From the NCBI GenBank assembly GCA_030295235.1, contig AP026144.1, positions 558,001-622,000 on the forward strand: a stretch of 64,000 nt of DNA, written 5' to 3'. Origin of the DNA: Fistulifera solaris. Taxonomy: Eukaryota. The notes beneath the pieces are model-generated. The model was not told the DNA's origin. It did not search any database and saw only the letters and a program-made list of their open reading frames with translations. Shown one piece after another: positions 12,915-24,916 of this stretch (position 1 is its first letter; each line of letters starts with the position of its first letter). Both the position numbers and the translations under genes were made by a program.

Positions 12915-13729
12915 TTACCCTCTTCGCAAGAACAGTCGTTCTGGGGCAACGGGTGCACTGTCATCGTTTCCGGTAAGGGAACCTTTCTTGATAATAGCGT
13001 ACAAAACGACAACGACCAACAATATACAATTGATCATTGCAAAACATTGAATGAAGTGATCGGAAGCCATGCGTTTGCTGAATTGCTTGATGAGCGCTTC
13101 AGCACGAGCTAAGTTGTCATCGAGACGGTCTGTTTCCTTTTCAATGTTCTGAATCACGTTGCGCTGGCGCTCCAATTCCTCGAGCGTTGCTACACCGACT
13201 TCTTTGGATGACGCAATCATATTCTTTGTATTCGCCAAGGAGTCTTGTGTCTTATCTTGCAACGCTGAAGCTTCTTTAACATGCTGTCACCAGCCTTCAC
13301 CCCGTCGGCTTCGTTGAATTGTCGTTCCTCGTCCCCGCCATCGGTAAACAACTCACCTCGTGCATTTTCTGCTTCGAACGCCTTACAATCTTGTTGCATT
13401 ACTTTAAGTTGCTGATCTAAACGATTCAAGCGGGCCTCATATTCTTTGCGGAGAGCTTGGTCTTGCACCAATCGAATTTCCATCTTGAACGACCGTTTGC
13501 TTCCGGCGGCATCGCGCAACTTTTTCTTGCAATTATTAATTTCCCGTTTCTTGTCGGCACCTTTCATATGCGGAATATCCTCCAGCATTGCTGTGATATG
13601 CTGGATATCTTCCGCTAAAATGTCTTCCCAATATTGGATATCAGACTGCAATGCGATGGCAACGGTCAGCTGTTTTGCACGATTCCGGAGGGACGACGTC
13701 CTGTTTCGATTGCATTACATCCTTACCAT
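12915..13729 (-). CDS. Qb-SNARE, Vti1/NPSN-like vesicle transport protein
   Basis: ATG|gtaagg intron, helical Habc region, SNARE motif (EVGVATLEELERQRNVI) and C-terminal TM helix. One A missing at ~13277. Confidence 0.8.
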
Positions 13730-14183
13730 TGTGAATTTATAAGCTTCGTGCTAGAATAAAAGAAAAGAATGGGAGGGTGCTTTCACCGTAGACTATAGGT
13801 TGAGGGTGAAATAGATCAAAATAATCAAGTCTGTTCGAAATATGGCGATTGCAATGCATTTTAGCCGCCGTTTATCGTCGTCCTCATGGTTGCGGTTAGG
13901 GCATCTCGCGGTCATCCGTTGTGTCTTTCTCCGTCACAATGACTTCGAAAGTGATCAAAAACCTCTGTGACAAATATGTGCTACACACTCTAGATAGTAG
14001 TGCTCCACGAGCCGCCTTCTGTCTAATTTATCAGCTATGGCGCAAGCTTAGTTGAAGTGAATTTAGGCAAATAGCGTATGAAGTATTTTAAGCATATAAT
14101 TAACTCTAACTGCTAATATATTTCAGCGTGATCCGAAATTCCCAAAGCGTAAAATATCCACGTGTGCTTCAAAGCATTCCTGT

Positions 14184-16447
14184 TTAAGCTGCAACCTTCT
14201 CGCACTGTATGGTCACAAAGGTTCCCGTTGGTTTATCTTTCGAAATGAGCTCGACTTCCTTCTTTCCGCCAGTAAGCAGAACGTCCTCCACCTTCAACTC
14301 GGCACTACCGAGTTTGTCATCACGATAGGTTCGTCCTTCTTCATTATCGTAAGCATCGATCTGGATCGTTTCATTCGGACCAGAAAGGACAAATGCCGAA
14401 GTCTCGTTCCAGATTGGATTCTTACTCTTGTAGCATGTTTTAGTCCTCCATGTGTTATTTGGATTTGATCCTACTTGTATCTTGAGATAGGCATTCGACA
14501 TATGCGATTCTTGTAGTAAATGCTTGCGGTACTTGAAGTTACGCCCTTGCACAGCAGTCAATTTCAGAATGTCAGCATTTTTGTCCGATTTATCCTTCGT
14601 CGTCGTTGTGTTTCCAGCCGTAGTCGAATTTACAGTCGCCCGAGCAGCATCAGAAACCATCCCTGCCTCAGAAGTTTTGACTACTTTCCCCTCAATCGCC
14701 GATCCAGACGAGAGAACGGCCGAGGTCGGATTTGACGTTTTCAAGTCGATACCATGCAACGAGACGCGGTACCGCAACGCTGTACCTCCACTTCCGACAG
14801 GATGCGTTTCGTTAATGGTAATATCTGCCGCGCGCTCTAAAGCAGAATAAGGAAGTTTAATTTCACCCAATAACGTTTCTTCCGGTGCCTTCAAAAGGTT
14901 TTCCTGGTAGCACTTGTAGAGTGTCAACGTAATGTCTTTTCCACCTCCCTGCGAAAATGCCTTGGTGGAAATTGGGACATGGAACGCCGTGTTGTAATGT
15001 GGATTGGTACCTGGCAATAACAACGTTTCGAATTTCTTGTCACCGTATTGGACACGAACTTTGGAGGTGACATGCATTTCTTCCATAGCTTCCAAGGGTA
15101 CGGAAAAGGCATGATCAATCAAGATAGTGATAAGGCCACCCATGGTCTCACTCGAAGGTGTTTGTGAAATTAAACTTGACACATCTTTTGCTAAGGGGAT
15201 CAAATCGCATCGAATCGAAATTTTCGAACCGGTCGGACTTCCGTTCTTGCCTATCAACGAAAGCTTCACGGTACGATTTTTGGCCGCCAGTAGTAGTTCG
15301 CGAACTGTTATTTCAGCCTTTCCAAGGTCGTCGTCTGAATCCAATGCACCGTTGCTCTCGTCCCATGCCTGCAAGAAGATGGATTGACCATAGTCATACA
15401 ACAGAAAATCAAAAAATTCGTCACGATCCCAGAGAGGACTGTTGTTGTTCCAAACAGTTCGACTTCGAAGGGGATCGGATGCACCGAGTGCGATTTTGCA
15501 AAACACGTCCGGCACATCATCTCTCCCAAGTATCCGGGGGGCGTCGACAAACCCTTCCCCGCTCAAAAGCGTCACACGGAGCACACTGATAGGCGGCCGA
15601 TATACATTAAAGTAGTCGCAATCTGGGTCGACCTTGGCAGCCACATAAGAATAAGGAGCCACAACGACATTCTTCAAAGCTGTTCCTATGCCAGCCAGAA
15701 TCTTACTCTTGATCAGTTGTATGTCCGCGATTTCAGCTAGGCCTGTAAAATTCATTTGCAGTTTCGGAGGATCGATAAAAAGAGCTGCACCGCTGATACG
15801 CAGGGCAACACTTTTGTCAGGGGTTTCAAGACAACCGCGATTCTACCGACTAGTTCAATTCTGTCGACACCCACAGAACCAACGTAACTGGCCTTGAGAG
15901 AAATCCTACGGTTTGAAACATAATTAACATCCATGTCAAATTGCAGAAAGCCATTATTCAAGTCATGAACCGTCGCCTGTCCCAACACAAAGTTCTCGAT
16001 ACCTAGATCAAACTCCGTGAACCGAAGTGTAGTCAAAGGACCAGGGAGATCTCTAAGCATTGGCTCTACGGTAGCTCTTATGGCGTTACAAATGGCAGGA
16101 TTCAAGTAAGGCCACAGTTGCTTAACAATGCATACGATCAAATCTCGGCGCGGTTCCTTTTTCCCATCTTGAGTCGAAATAGAAGTATCGTCGCGTGTTC
16201 TGATAGATGGCGTCGCCGCCTCATCTCTTTTGTTCATAGTCTGTTGTCGCATGGCAAGAGCAGTCACTGCAGAACCGACTGCCATGCCGGCAAGGCCGCA
16301 AAACATAATGAAGAATATCATGATTATCATATCCCGGTGAATCTTTTGCAAAAAAGTGAAGAGAGAATAATAAAATTGTTGTTGGGTGTTCTCAAGCACT
16401 GTTTGGTTCGAAGCGTCGAAATGTCGAAAAAGATCATAATCGAACAT
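14184..16447 (-). CDS. Extended synaptotagmin-like protein (TM + SMP + multiple C2 domains)
   Basis: N-terminal TM; SMP region (KQLWPYLN..IRATVEP...LRFTEFDLG); one T missing at ~15778; C2 domains (DVPDVFCKI..NNNSPLW..DDDLGKAEI; NPIWNET..DDKLG). Start codon uncertain. Confidence 0.85.
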
Positions 16448-16540
16448 CGATTGTCAAAATAAGAACGCTGACCGCGGAAACATCACTTTTTACCGTCCCT
16501 TCAGGTGTTCGCACGCCGGATATTCAATTGTGAGCTTACT

Positions 16541-17931
16541 TTATTCCGCAGGAATAGCCTTCAATCTCTTTTCCATGAATAGTCCGAAATCTTCGTCACC
16601 TCCCACCGAACGCCAAATATCCCACGGTGAGTGCCCACCGTGGTCGGGTTGTGAAGCCAAGCGCAGTTCTGATTCAGATAGCCCTGCACCGCCTTCTTCA
16701 ATAGATTGCAACATCCATTCTATAATAGCCCGATTGAGTCTCTAATACGATAAAGCTGTAAGTTTCACTTCCAAGTTGAAGCACCTATTTGCTTCGCACA
16801 CAACATCAGACTCACCTGAGCAGCCTTGTGCAGGGGGCTATGGCCTTGTTTCTGAATAGTAACAAACGATACTCCAACTTCTGTTTTCAAAAATTCACAA
16901 AATCGGATTACTTGGTCAATCGAGTCGTTCGTGGTCATTGTCACCCAATGCGCCGGGGAGCACTTCCAGTCATTACTGATGTGAGCCACATGAGCGCCTC
17001 CTTTACGCAACAAATACTGGGCAACGTCGAGATGCGCTCCAAAGCACGCCAAATGGAAGGGCGTAGTCCCATCACCCGACATCGAGTTGATTTCGTAGTC
17101 GCATTGCTCGACCAGATATTGAATGCAAGGTAAATGCCCATTTCGAGCGGCGTAATGGAGGGCAGTTTTCCCATCGCGTCGTCGCATTTTGGTGCGGTTG
17201 TGTGAAGTTTCCTCCACTAAATACTCTCGTTGCTTGGTAAGTATCCATCGAAGACACGGCAACTGCCCGCTTCCGGCTGCCCAGTGTTCGGCCGTTGACA
17301 AATGTCGGTCACGTGTATGCAATAAAGCAATCACACTCGCTTTACCTCCACTCTTCTTGGCTTCCTCGTACATTTTTTTGTAAGATTGTCAAATTCCCTT
17401 CGGCAGCCACTCGCAAAAATTCGGGCAGACTCTCTCGATAGTCTTTGGACTTGCTGCCATTTCGATCGAGTCCGGCCGCTACCAATTGTACATTCGTAGT
17501 AGAATTGGTTGATTTCACCGAAAGGACTCCGTCGGTACACGGTACTGCTTGAGTTTCGAGTTCTGTAATAATTTTCAACACTTTCTGGTTCCATTCGTCT
17601 ATTTGTTGTTCGCTCGGTATCCATTCGTCGATTGTACGATTTGATTCTGGGATGAAGGAAGATGGCGTTTCGTCGCATCGAGCGGCTTCAGCGAAAGCTC
17701 TCTGTTCCAGCCTTCGTCTCTTTTCCGTTCAACTTTCCCTGGTTTCCACGGTGTATGTACGGCATGTAAATGTGCCGCAATTCCTCTCCCTAAAGCAAAT
17801 TTCTTTTGCGAATGCCGGCCACAGAGGGGACAAGTCGTCCATCCGGCGGAGGCGCCTCGTCCCGACGACGCCGACGATTCGGATAAACGACCCAGAACAT
17901 CAGCTTTGCGCTTGTTTGATGACTCTGACAT
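16541..17931 (-). CDS. Ankyrin-repeat protein with N-terminal C2H2-like zinc finger
   Basis: CPLC..HLHAVH finger; ankyrin repeats TAEHWAA, GKTALHYAA, GTTPFHLAC, HSPLHKAA. Several homopolymer frameshifts; intron ~16744-16816; stop at 16541. Confidence 0.75.
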
Positions 17932-18236
17932 GCGAACGAGAATTAATCAATTATTGTTTTATTGCGAAGCAAAAAACATTGAAAACAATGAATGGAAATG
18001 GGAGACGCTGGGGAAGGATCGCATTCAGAGGCGAGGAGGAGGAGTCGTCGTCGTCGGTATACTCTTCCACTATAAACCTTTTGCAAATGCTATGTGCTGA
18101 ACGTCTACTGTTACCGGTGCGCTACTTCCATTACGGTGACGTGGATCGGCACACATCGAAATTCGTTATATATCTTTTCTCAGTGTATCAGATATTATTA
18201 TTTTGTCTGCCCCATTGACATCAAAGAAACATTCCA

Positions 18237-19322
18237 ATGAGACGGTCTAGAAACCTCTCTTCTGTTTTTGTACTGATCACTCTGCTGCAGAGACAATTGG
18301 CTTTCGAGTTTCGAGACTCGCTTTCCCGACGATCCTTGTTCCATGAAGGATGTGCTGTCGCAGCACTATGCCCGCAGTTTGCCGTCGCAGCAACGACCGA
18401 GAAACCTCTTCTTCCGGGCGGAAAGGCCCCGCGAAATATTCAAATGAATGGCGAATGGAATGATATGCCCCTTTGCAGACGAAATTGGCGCAAAGTCGAA
18501 TAGGGCAGTTGGACTTTTCTCCTCTGCAACAACCCTTGTTGGGAGCCAACGAATTGTACTATGCACCCTTTTTATTCGGATCCTGGAACACCACCGCGAC
18601 ACTCAAACGAAAGATATATCCATTTGGTCTCGATTATGTACCATCGAACTCGCTGATCGAAGGTTCGCCGCGGTATCGTGAAGAAACGGTAGGAGATCGG
18701 TGTTCGTACGAAGTGCACTACTTTGCGACGATTGCCAATACAGTGGCGAATCAAGCTACCGTGAATCTCGGTTTGGGAATTCCCGAAACCAAAATCATTC
18801 AAGACCGTGCCTTTAATGCAATGTCCCTATCGACTGCCTACAACCAATTATCTCCTGTCACAGACGTGGTTTGGGATTATCGCAACGATCCCACCAAAGT
18901 GTTGCTGGCACTGTCGTCTCTTTCGGCTGATATGAGACCATTGGGTCCACGACGGGCCGAAATCTTCTTACAAGCTCGACAAGTTGAATCCCTCGGTGGC
19001 GACGTTTTTGCAGTGCCGAAAAAGTCGCGCCGTCACCATTGCTGGTCGAGATGTGGTCGTTTCCGAAACAGAAACCATTACGGAATTTCGCAAAGTCGAC
19101 CGTGATCACGTATCGGCTATCAGTCGCATTGCCGTATACTTGACGCCGAATCCCAACAGTCGGGAGGGCATTTTGTGGCAACAAACCGAAGGAAAGGCCA
19201 TTGCGTTTTTTGATTACGAGTTGGAGATGCAACGACTCAAAGAAGACGTCCCGATGGCCAATGGACGGGCGAAACAGCGAGCATGTGTGAGAACGCCGAA
19301 AGATGTAATTCAATGCGACTAA
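18237..19322 (+). CDS. Plastid/thylakoid-lumen conserved protein (DUF6816-like)
   Basis: Signal peptide + A-F, then an SRR twin-arginine-like segment; LYYAPFLFGSWNTT motif. Frameshifts at ~18472 and ~19020 join three ORFs. Family assignment from memory. Confidence 0.6.
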
Positions 19323-19570
19323 TAGCATGATTGGAATGCATAAATAGCATGTTGAATTGTATTAAAACGATTATGAAAGTCCGTATACGTTACAAAAAAG
19401 AGCTCATGATGACACAACAACATGGAATTCCTATTCGGGATATATTTTTGAGTCATGACTGCCATAGCTCGTTTCTCACTCCTGCGTATCGGTACCCTAT
19501 CGGTACTCAGTCTGTAGGTAAAATAAATCCTTACAACATGGTCACACCCGTTTTCCATCCAACAATACTA

Positions 19571-20702
19571 CTACCTCCGGGGGGCGATAATTGGCCCAAA
19601 CCCCTTACGCGATTCCCCCGTGTAAATCATTTCCTACTGACTTTCTACGTGAATCCACGTAGAGGAACAAGGACACACGGAAACTCAACGAACTCGATCG
19701 ACCATGTCACAATCAACTGAAGGATGCATAAAATTAAGACGGAGCAACAACAAAGGATTATAACGATTGTCAATTGAAGCAAAGGGATACTGGAGGCGTT
19801 CCTTGAGGGTTGTTTGGAAGTATTTTGCGAAAAGAACAGAGCGAACGCTGGTGTTTATCGGTGAACGACGGTGAGCAATGACGATCGCGAGGGCAAGAGA
19901 GTTTGCTTCGCGAGACGCCTTCTCTGCCTTTTCCAACAGCCTTCCGAGGGCTCAAAAGTAATAATGCAGCAATCAGCAGCGTGAACAGGTTTTGGGGATA
20001 TTAAGGAGTGTTTATTGCCGCAAAACTCTATTCGAAAAACGATGACGACGGCACAACCAATGACGATGGACTTTTAATGCTTCGCCACGAAAAAGGCCCC
20101 AGTCTCGGCAAGTTGAACTATCAGATGCTTTATTGTGGAAGAAATCGCTCTTATTGGGGGTATTTAAGTTGAAATTGCTAGGCTTTTCAAACACCAAAAC
20201 AATCAACGTTCGCCCTCCAAAGAATTGCATTGCTGACGAAAGGTTTCCATAGAGGCTTACATAGGTCCGTGTAATTGCAAGGAGAGAAGCGACAATCAAT
20301 AGGAGGGGTGTCTATAGGCGGAGCCGACTTTTTGATGAGGAATTTTGTCACGACAGGATATATTGCTTGCATGGAGGACAGCAACAAACACCTGCATCCG
20401 GCGTCGTCGTTGTCGTCCGTGTTGTGCTTCATCTTTCGGTCAAAACGAGAGAGAAAGACCGCGCCAGTGGACAAAACCGGGCACAAGAACTAAAAAAAGG
20501 GTTTAAGGTCATGTTTACTTGCATTTATTCATATTGAATGGTTTGTATTGCCATGAAAATCACCATGGTGATGCCTCCATCGATGTGTTAACACGTTGGT
20601 GACGGAGGGAAATTTTTGCCCCCTACGTAATATCATGTAGAATTTCAGTACAAAAAAATTAAACGAGCTACCGTGGGCCCATTATCGCCCCCCCGGAGGT
20701 AG
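19571..20702. mobile_element. Non-autonomous TIR DNA element (Tc1/mariner- or Stowaway-like), TA target duplication
   Basis: Left end TA|CTACCTCCGGGGGGCGATAATTGGCCCA; right end TGGGCCCATTATCGCCCCCCCGGAGGTAG|TA, a near-perfect ~30-bp inverted repeat. No transposase ORF inside. Confidence 0.8.
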
Positions 20703-20802
20703 TAGTACGTAGAAATCCCGAGAACATAATAATGTCATCGACATCATCGAAAGACATCGATGCGATCGCATAATAATCAAATGATATTATCGAATTAACG
20801 GA

Positions 20803-22476
20803 ATGAAACGAGAGTTCAGCACGTTCTATGTGAGTAAGGTATCATGGGTCGTTTGCTGGCTTTCTATGGTCGGTCCTACTCAAGGCTTCGCGTCCGGCGT
20901 TTCTCCTCAATTATCAGTTGATCGACCCGTGCGGTATCGTGTCTTCGGTTGCTTCAAGGACAGTCCACCTCCAAGTGCTCTGTTCGCTAATTTATCGAAA
21001 AAACAAAGGATGCAATTAAAGAGCGAAGAGGGACACGACAATGTTTTCCATATCGAATCGCTGGATGATGATTCGAACGATTTTGACGCGGAAGATAACG
21101 AAACTGAATTTGTCGAAACCAAGGATAATAATAACTTTTATGATGACGATGATTATTCTCCCTTATCGACGGCCGAAAGTTTTTCTCTCGAAACCTCGAA
21201 TGCCGCAGGTTTGACCGGTGTTTCCTACTTCTACCTGCGAAATGAATTAGGACTGTCGGAAGAAGCCATGTGGCGCATCACGTATCAAGCCGGATCGGCT
21301 CTCGGCATGACAGCGAATACCGTCAAAAAGAAAGTGGAAGTTTTGCGACAACGCATGTCTTTGGGTGACAAAGACATTCGATCTTTATTGGAAAGACAAC
21401 CGACAATTCTTCATTTGCATGCCGAACGGAATATAGGGATGAAACTGGATTTTTTGGCACAAGAACTCGATGCCGACAAACAGAGTCTCCGCGAGTTGGT
21501 ACTGGCCGCTCCTTCCCTGATCAACTATTCCGCAACCAATTTGGAGCGGAAAGTGAGATTTTTCACCAAGCATCTGGGATTTACCGTGGTGGAATGTCGC
21601 CACCTTTGGACAGCCGAGCCAAAATTGGTGTATGCTGGAGTTCAATCGGGCTTGATTCCACGGATGAAGTTCTTCTTGAACGAGTTGGGATTGAGAAAAG
21701 ACCAGCTGCGGGGTATCATCAAAAAGAATCCGCGCTTGTTACTTTACAGTGTCGATATGAATTTAATTCCCAAGCTGGTGTTTCATTTGATCCTGACATT
21801 GAACATGGAACCATCTAAAGTTCGAAAAATTATACTTTCGTATCCCAACTACTTGGATTACAATCTCGATGACCATATTTTGCCCATCACACGTTACTTC
21901 ATTCAGGACCTCGAATACAGTTCGAACGAATTCAGTGTCATTTTGTACAAATTTCCCCGCGTCATGACCAATTCGTTGCGTCGCATCAAATCAGTTGTCG
22001 GCTATCTGCGCTATCAAGTCGGCTTATCGGGAGCCCAAGTCAAGCGACTTTTGTATCAATCGCCGCAAATTGTGAGTCTCCGTAACGAGCACCTCCACCA
22101 ACAGATCGAATCGTTGCAACTGTTGTTCGATCTTTCCGACGAAGAAGCGACCCGCGTGATGGTCGCCATGCCGACGTTGTTGGTTCTAAGTGTTTCTCAA
22201 AATCTGGAGCCCAAGCGTACGTACTTGCTCGAAGCCTTTGGTGACAATCGAGCTGCGGTAAAAGCGGCGGTACTTCGATTGCCAACCTTATTGGGATACT
22301 CGTTGGAGAAGAGGATCCGACCGAGGGTCGAGGCGATCCTGGATAGAAAATTGGATCCATCGATCATTACTGTTGGAATACCCATGACACAAGACAATTT
22401 TGATGTCTGGTTGATGCGCAAGACAAACAAGATAGAAATGAGAGGCGCTCAGCATGGCAAAATCAAGAGAAAGTGA
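20803..22476 (+). CDS. mTERF family protein, probably plastid-targeted
   Basis: Repeated ~35-aa mTERF-like units (RQPTILHL..KLDFL, NPRLLLYSVD.NLIPK, LPTLLGYSLEKRIRPR); presequence TQG|FAS. Confidence 0.85.
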   Translation: MKREFSTFYVSKVSWVVCWLSMVGPTQGFASGVSPQLSVDRPVRYRVFGCFKDSPPPSALFANLSKKQRMQLKSEEGHDNVFHIESLDDDSNDFDAEDNETEFVETKDNNNFYDDDDYSPLSTAESFSLETSNAAGLTGVSYFYLRNELGLSEEAMWRITYQAGSALGMTANTVKKKVEVLRQRMSLGDKDIRSLLERQPTILHLHAERNIGMKLDFLAQELDADKQSLRELVLAAPSLINYSATNLERKVRFFTKHLGFTVVECRHLWTAEPKLVYAGVQSGLIPRMKFFLNELGLRKDQLRGIIKKNPRLLLYSVDMNLIPKLVFHLILTLNMEPSKVRKIILSYPNYLDYNLDDHILPITRYFIQDLEYSSNEFSVILYKFPRVMTNSLRRIKSVVGYLRYQVGLSGAQVKRLLYQSPQIVSLRNEHLHQQIESLQLLFDLSDEEATRVMVAMPTLLVLSVSQNLEPKRTYLLEAFGDNRAAVKAAVLRLPTLLGYSLEKRIRPRVEAILDRKLDPSIITVGIPMTQDNFDVWLMRKTNKIEMRGAQHGKIKRK

Positions 22477-22998
22477 ATGCGGCTGTGTCTCTGCCAGAGG
22501 CAGAAGTCGTGCAGGAACGCAATAAAGCAAAAAGGCTCTAGCCGGGGTCCAATCAAATGCTGCAAAATTGCCTGAGGGGCAAGTGGTACTCGGTTTCTGA
22601 ATCGACGTGGACCAGCGGTATCTTGTTGGACAAGCATAAAAGTCTGTGTTTCTCGCTGGAGTCTAGCCAGTGACCTCACCAGCCTCCTTACTTGATCGTT
22701 GAATCACGGACGCCTCGACATCGAAACTAGGAGTAATGATGTTAGTCAGCTATCTTAGACCGTTATTAAAACGGATCTGATTGGGTGATCGATATAAATG
22801 GAGATAAGGCACGTCTCAACGTAGAAAATACAAATTGTGACAAGGCAAACGTAGACAATGACTATTTGCGAGTCTACGAAATGAGAAGTCTAATGCAAAT
22901 CATGCTGATGGTGAATACATCGTGGTGACAACAAATCATGCTTGGTTCAGTCGGAGATTGACCGAAGGTTAATGAAATCAAATCGAAAGAAAATTCAT

Positions 22999-23310
22999 TC
23001 ATGACTAAAATGCAGTCGTGGATAAGTTAAAAAGGACAATTTGGCCCTATAGTGAGAACTGTAGTCGTTGATTTGCAATGCATTCAACATTATGGACTGA
23101 TGCTTGTATTCAAAGGCTACGAGAAAGGTATTGCATTGTGATAGTAACAAATAAGGCCTCTAGTAAACCAGAAGAACGAGCTTAAAAGTAGAAGTCTAGC
23201 TTTGTAGCGTATTGATTCATGACTGAAATGCAGTCGCGATGAAAGGTCGCCTTCACTTCGGGTCCATACTATAAATAATACCAGTACGCTGCAAGGAAAC
23301 ATTTTTGATG
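22999..23310 (+). repeat. Intergenic repeat family copy: two units each beginning with the TCATGACT..CAGTCG palindrome
   Basis: Collinear similarity to 27735-28050 and 7842-8105; units start at 22999 and 23217. Confidence 0.85.
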
Positions 23311-23461
23311 CTTGAAAAATTTTCCGTGTTGTTGCGATGATCGATGTTTCGCATGTGTCATCATAGTTGTTGCTTATAATCGGCGCATAAAGAAGAAACT
23401 CATTGTGCTTCGAATCTTCTGTAAGATCGCGTCACCTCATGTCTCCAAGGGATCGTCTTCA

Positions 23462-24907
23462 ATGACACAAACAGCAACCACCGAACTCCCTTTCGTCGAG
23501 TTCGCTCTCGCTCGTCCTTACGCTCGCATTGGAGGTGTGGCGGTGGGAATGATTCGTATCTCCGACGACAGCAGAAATGGACCCAGTCTTCGAAAGGATA
23601 TCGAATCTTTCGAATTGCTCTTGTCGGCACACTGTCGGTTGGATGCACGGTGGCACGGTCGTTCGCTGCCCGCGGTCGACGACGACCTTTGGGACGATTG
23701 GCCGTCACAACCCAACAACATTTGTTTATGGACCTCGAATCGACTCGATTTAATGAATTTACAAGAGCGAGACTGGGATTCTTGGCAAGAAGTTCGACCG
23801 AAACCCTTTACGTGGCCGGGACGCAAAGTCGGTCCGCATACGCCTCCCCCAGAAATGGATGTCGTCTTGGAAGATATGCATCTGGCGTTCACCTTTCGTT
23901 TTGATCTACCCATGGATCAGAATTTACCGCCGACACTCGCGGCGACGTCGTGTCGATACTATTACAATATACTGGCTCGTTTGCAAACGAAAGAACTCGT
24001 TCGATGGTTTCAAATCCCAATTCAGGTCTTGACAGCGAGTCCTTTATACACGGAACCCCATTCGCAAGACGAAGAATCGGTATTACAAGCCATGGCGCAT
24101 TCATCGGGATTACCAGCAGGAGAAATGTCGATGAGTCAATTGTATCCCATTGAGGGGCGTATCACGGTACACGATCAACAGAGTGCAGCTTTCGGGCAAC
24201 ACACGTCTCTGCGGATCCCGTCCCGACAAATGGTGCAGAGTATGCGCGTCACCGATCCCCTAACTGAACGACCCGTCTGTATCATTACGTTTATAGGAGC
24301 ATCCGTATTGCATCCTGGTAGCCGTATGGTGGTGAAACTCGATTTCCCGAAACGTTTTGACGATCGCAGTCGTGAGTGGATCCCCGTTTTTCAAGTCAGC
24401 ACCTGTTTGGATGGGGAAGAAACGGTCATTCGTTTTCGGGATGGACAGCGAACGCGTGCTCGTGCGTATCTATTCGATACTGCACATGAAGGTCCCTTCG
24501 ATCCCGAATGTGTCGAATCTATAAGTTTGAATCTCGTCATGCCGCTCGATGCGCCCGTCTCGGTGCAAACGGATCATGTCGAAGTCAAGGTTCGCTGCGT
24601 GGTGGATATTGTTGTCGGGGAAGACTATCGCAATTTACGTTTGGAGATGCCCTGTGAAGTGGTACACCCGCAGAGTGCATGGGAAATGAAACTGATGGAT
24701 GAAAATGAGACGTTGGATTTGTGGGAAATCGATTACAGCGACTACAGTCCTACGGATCCTTCCTGGTTTCCTGTGACAGATATTGGAGAAGAATTGGACA
24801 TATTATCGCTACACTTGGCGGACCGTTGTCAGATACGCCCCTACAAGACGTATGCTTCGTATCACAAAGAATCGGAGCACGAAGCACAGTCAAGTGATAA
24901 TCTCTAA
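23462..24907 (+). CDS. Rgp1-like protein (arrestin-fold subunit of the RIC1-RGP1 Rab6 GEF), divergent
   Basis: Long intact ORF. FTFRFDLP..LPPTL..CRYYY and C-terminal LVMPLDAPVSVQTDHVEVK resemble the Rgp1/arrestin-like fold. Confidence 0.5.
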   Translation: MTQTATTELPFVEFALARPYARIGGVAVGMIRISDDSRNGPSLRKDIESFELLLSAHCRLDARWHGRSLPAVDDDLWDDWPSQPNNICLWTSNRLDLMNLQERDWDSWQEVRPKPFTWPGRKVGPHTPPPEMDVVLEDMHLAFTFRFDLPMDQNLPPTLAATSCRYYYNILARLQTKELVRWFQIPIQVLTASPLYTEPHSQDEESVLQAMAHSSGLPAGEMSMSQLYPIEGRITVHDQQSAAFGQHTSLRIPSRQMVQSMRVTDPLTERPVCIITFIGASVLHPGSRMVVKLDFPKRFDDRSREWIPVFQVSTCLDGEETVIRFRDGQRTRARAYLFDTAHEGPFDPECVESISLNLVMPLDAPVSVQTDHVEVKVRCVVDIVVGEDYRNLRLEMPCEVVHPQSAWEMKLMDENETLDLWEIDYSDYSPTDPSWFPVTDIGEELDILSLHLADRCQIRPYKTYASYHKESEHEAQSSDNL

Positions 24908-24916
24908 CGACTTATG

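Noticed and set aside
22999..23310. CRISPR-like array (palindromic repeat + spacers)
   Set aside because: Only two repeats per locus, ~200-bp 'spacers' that are homologous between loci, no cas genes, and a eukaryotic context.
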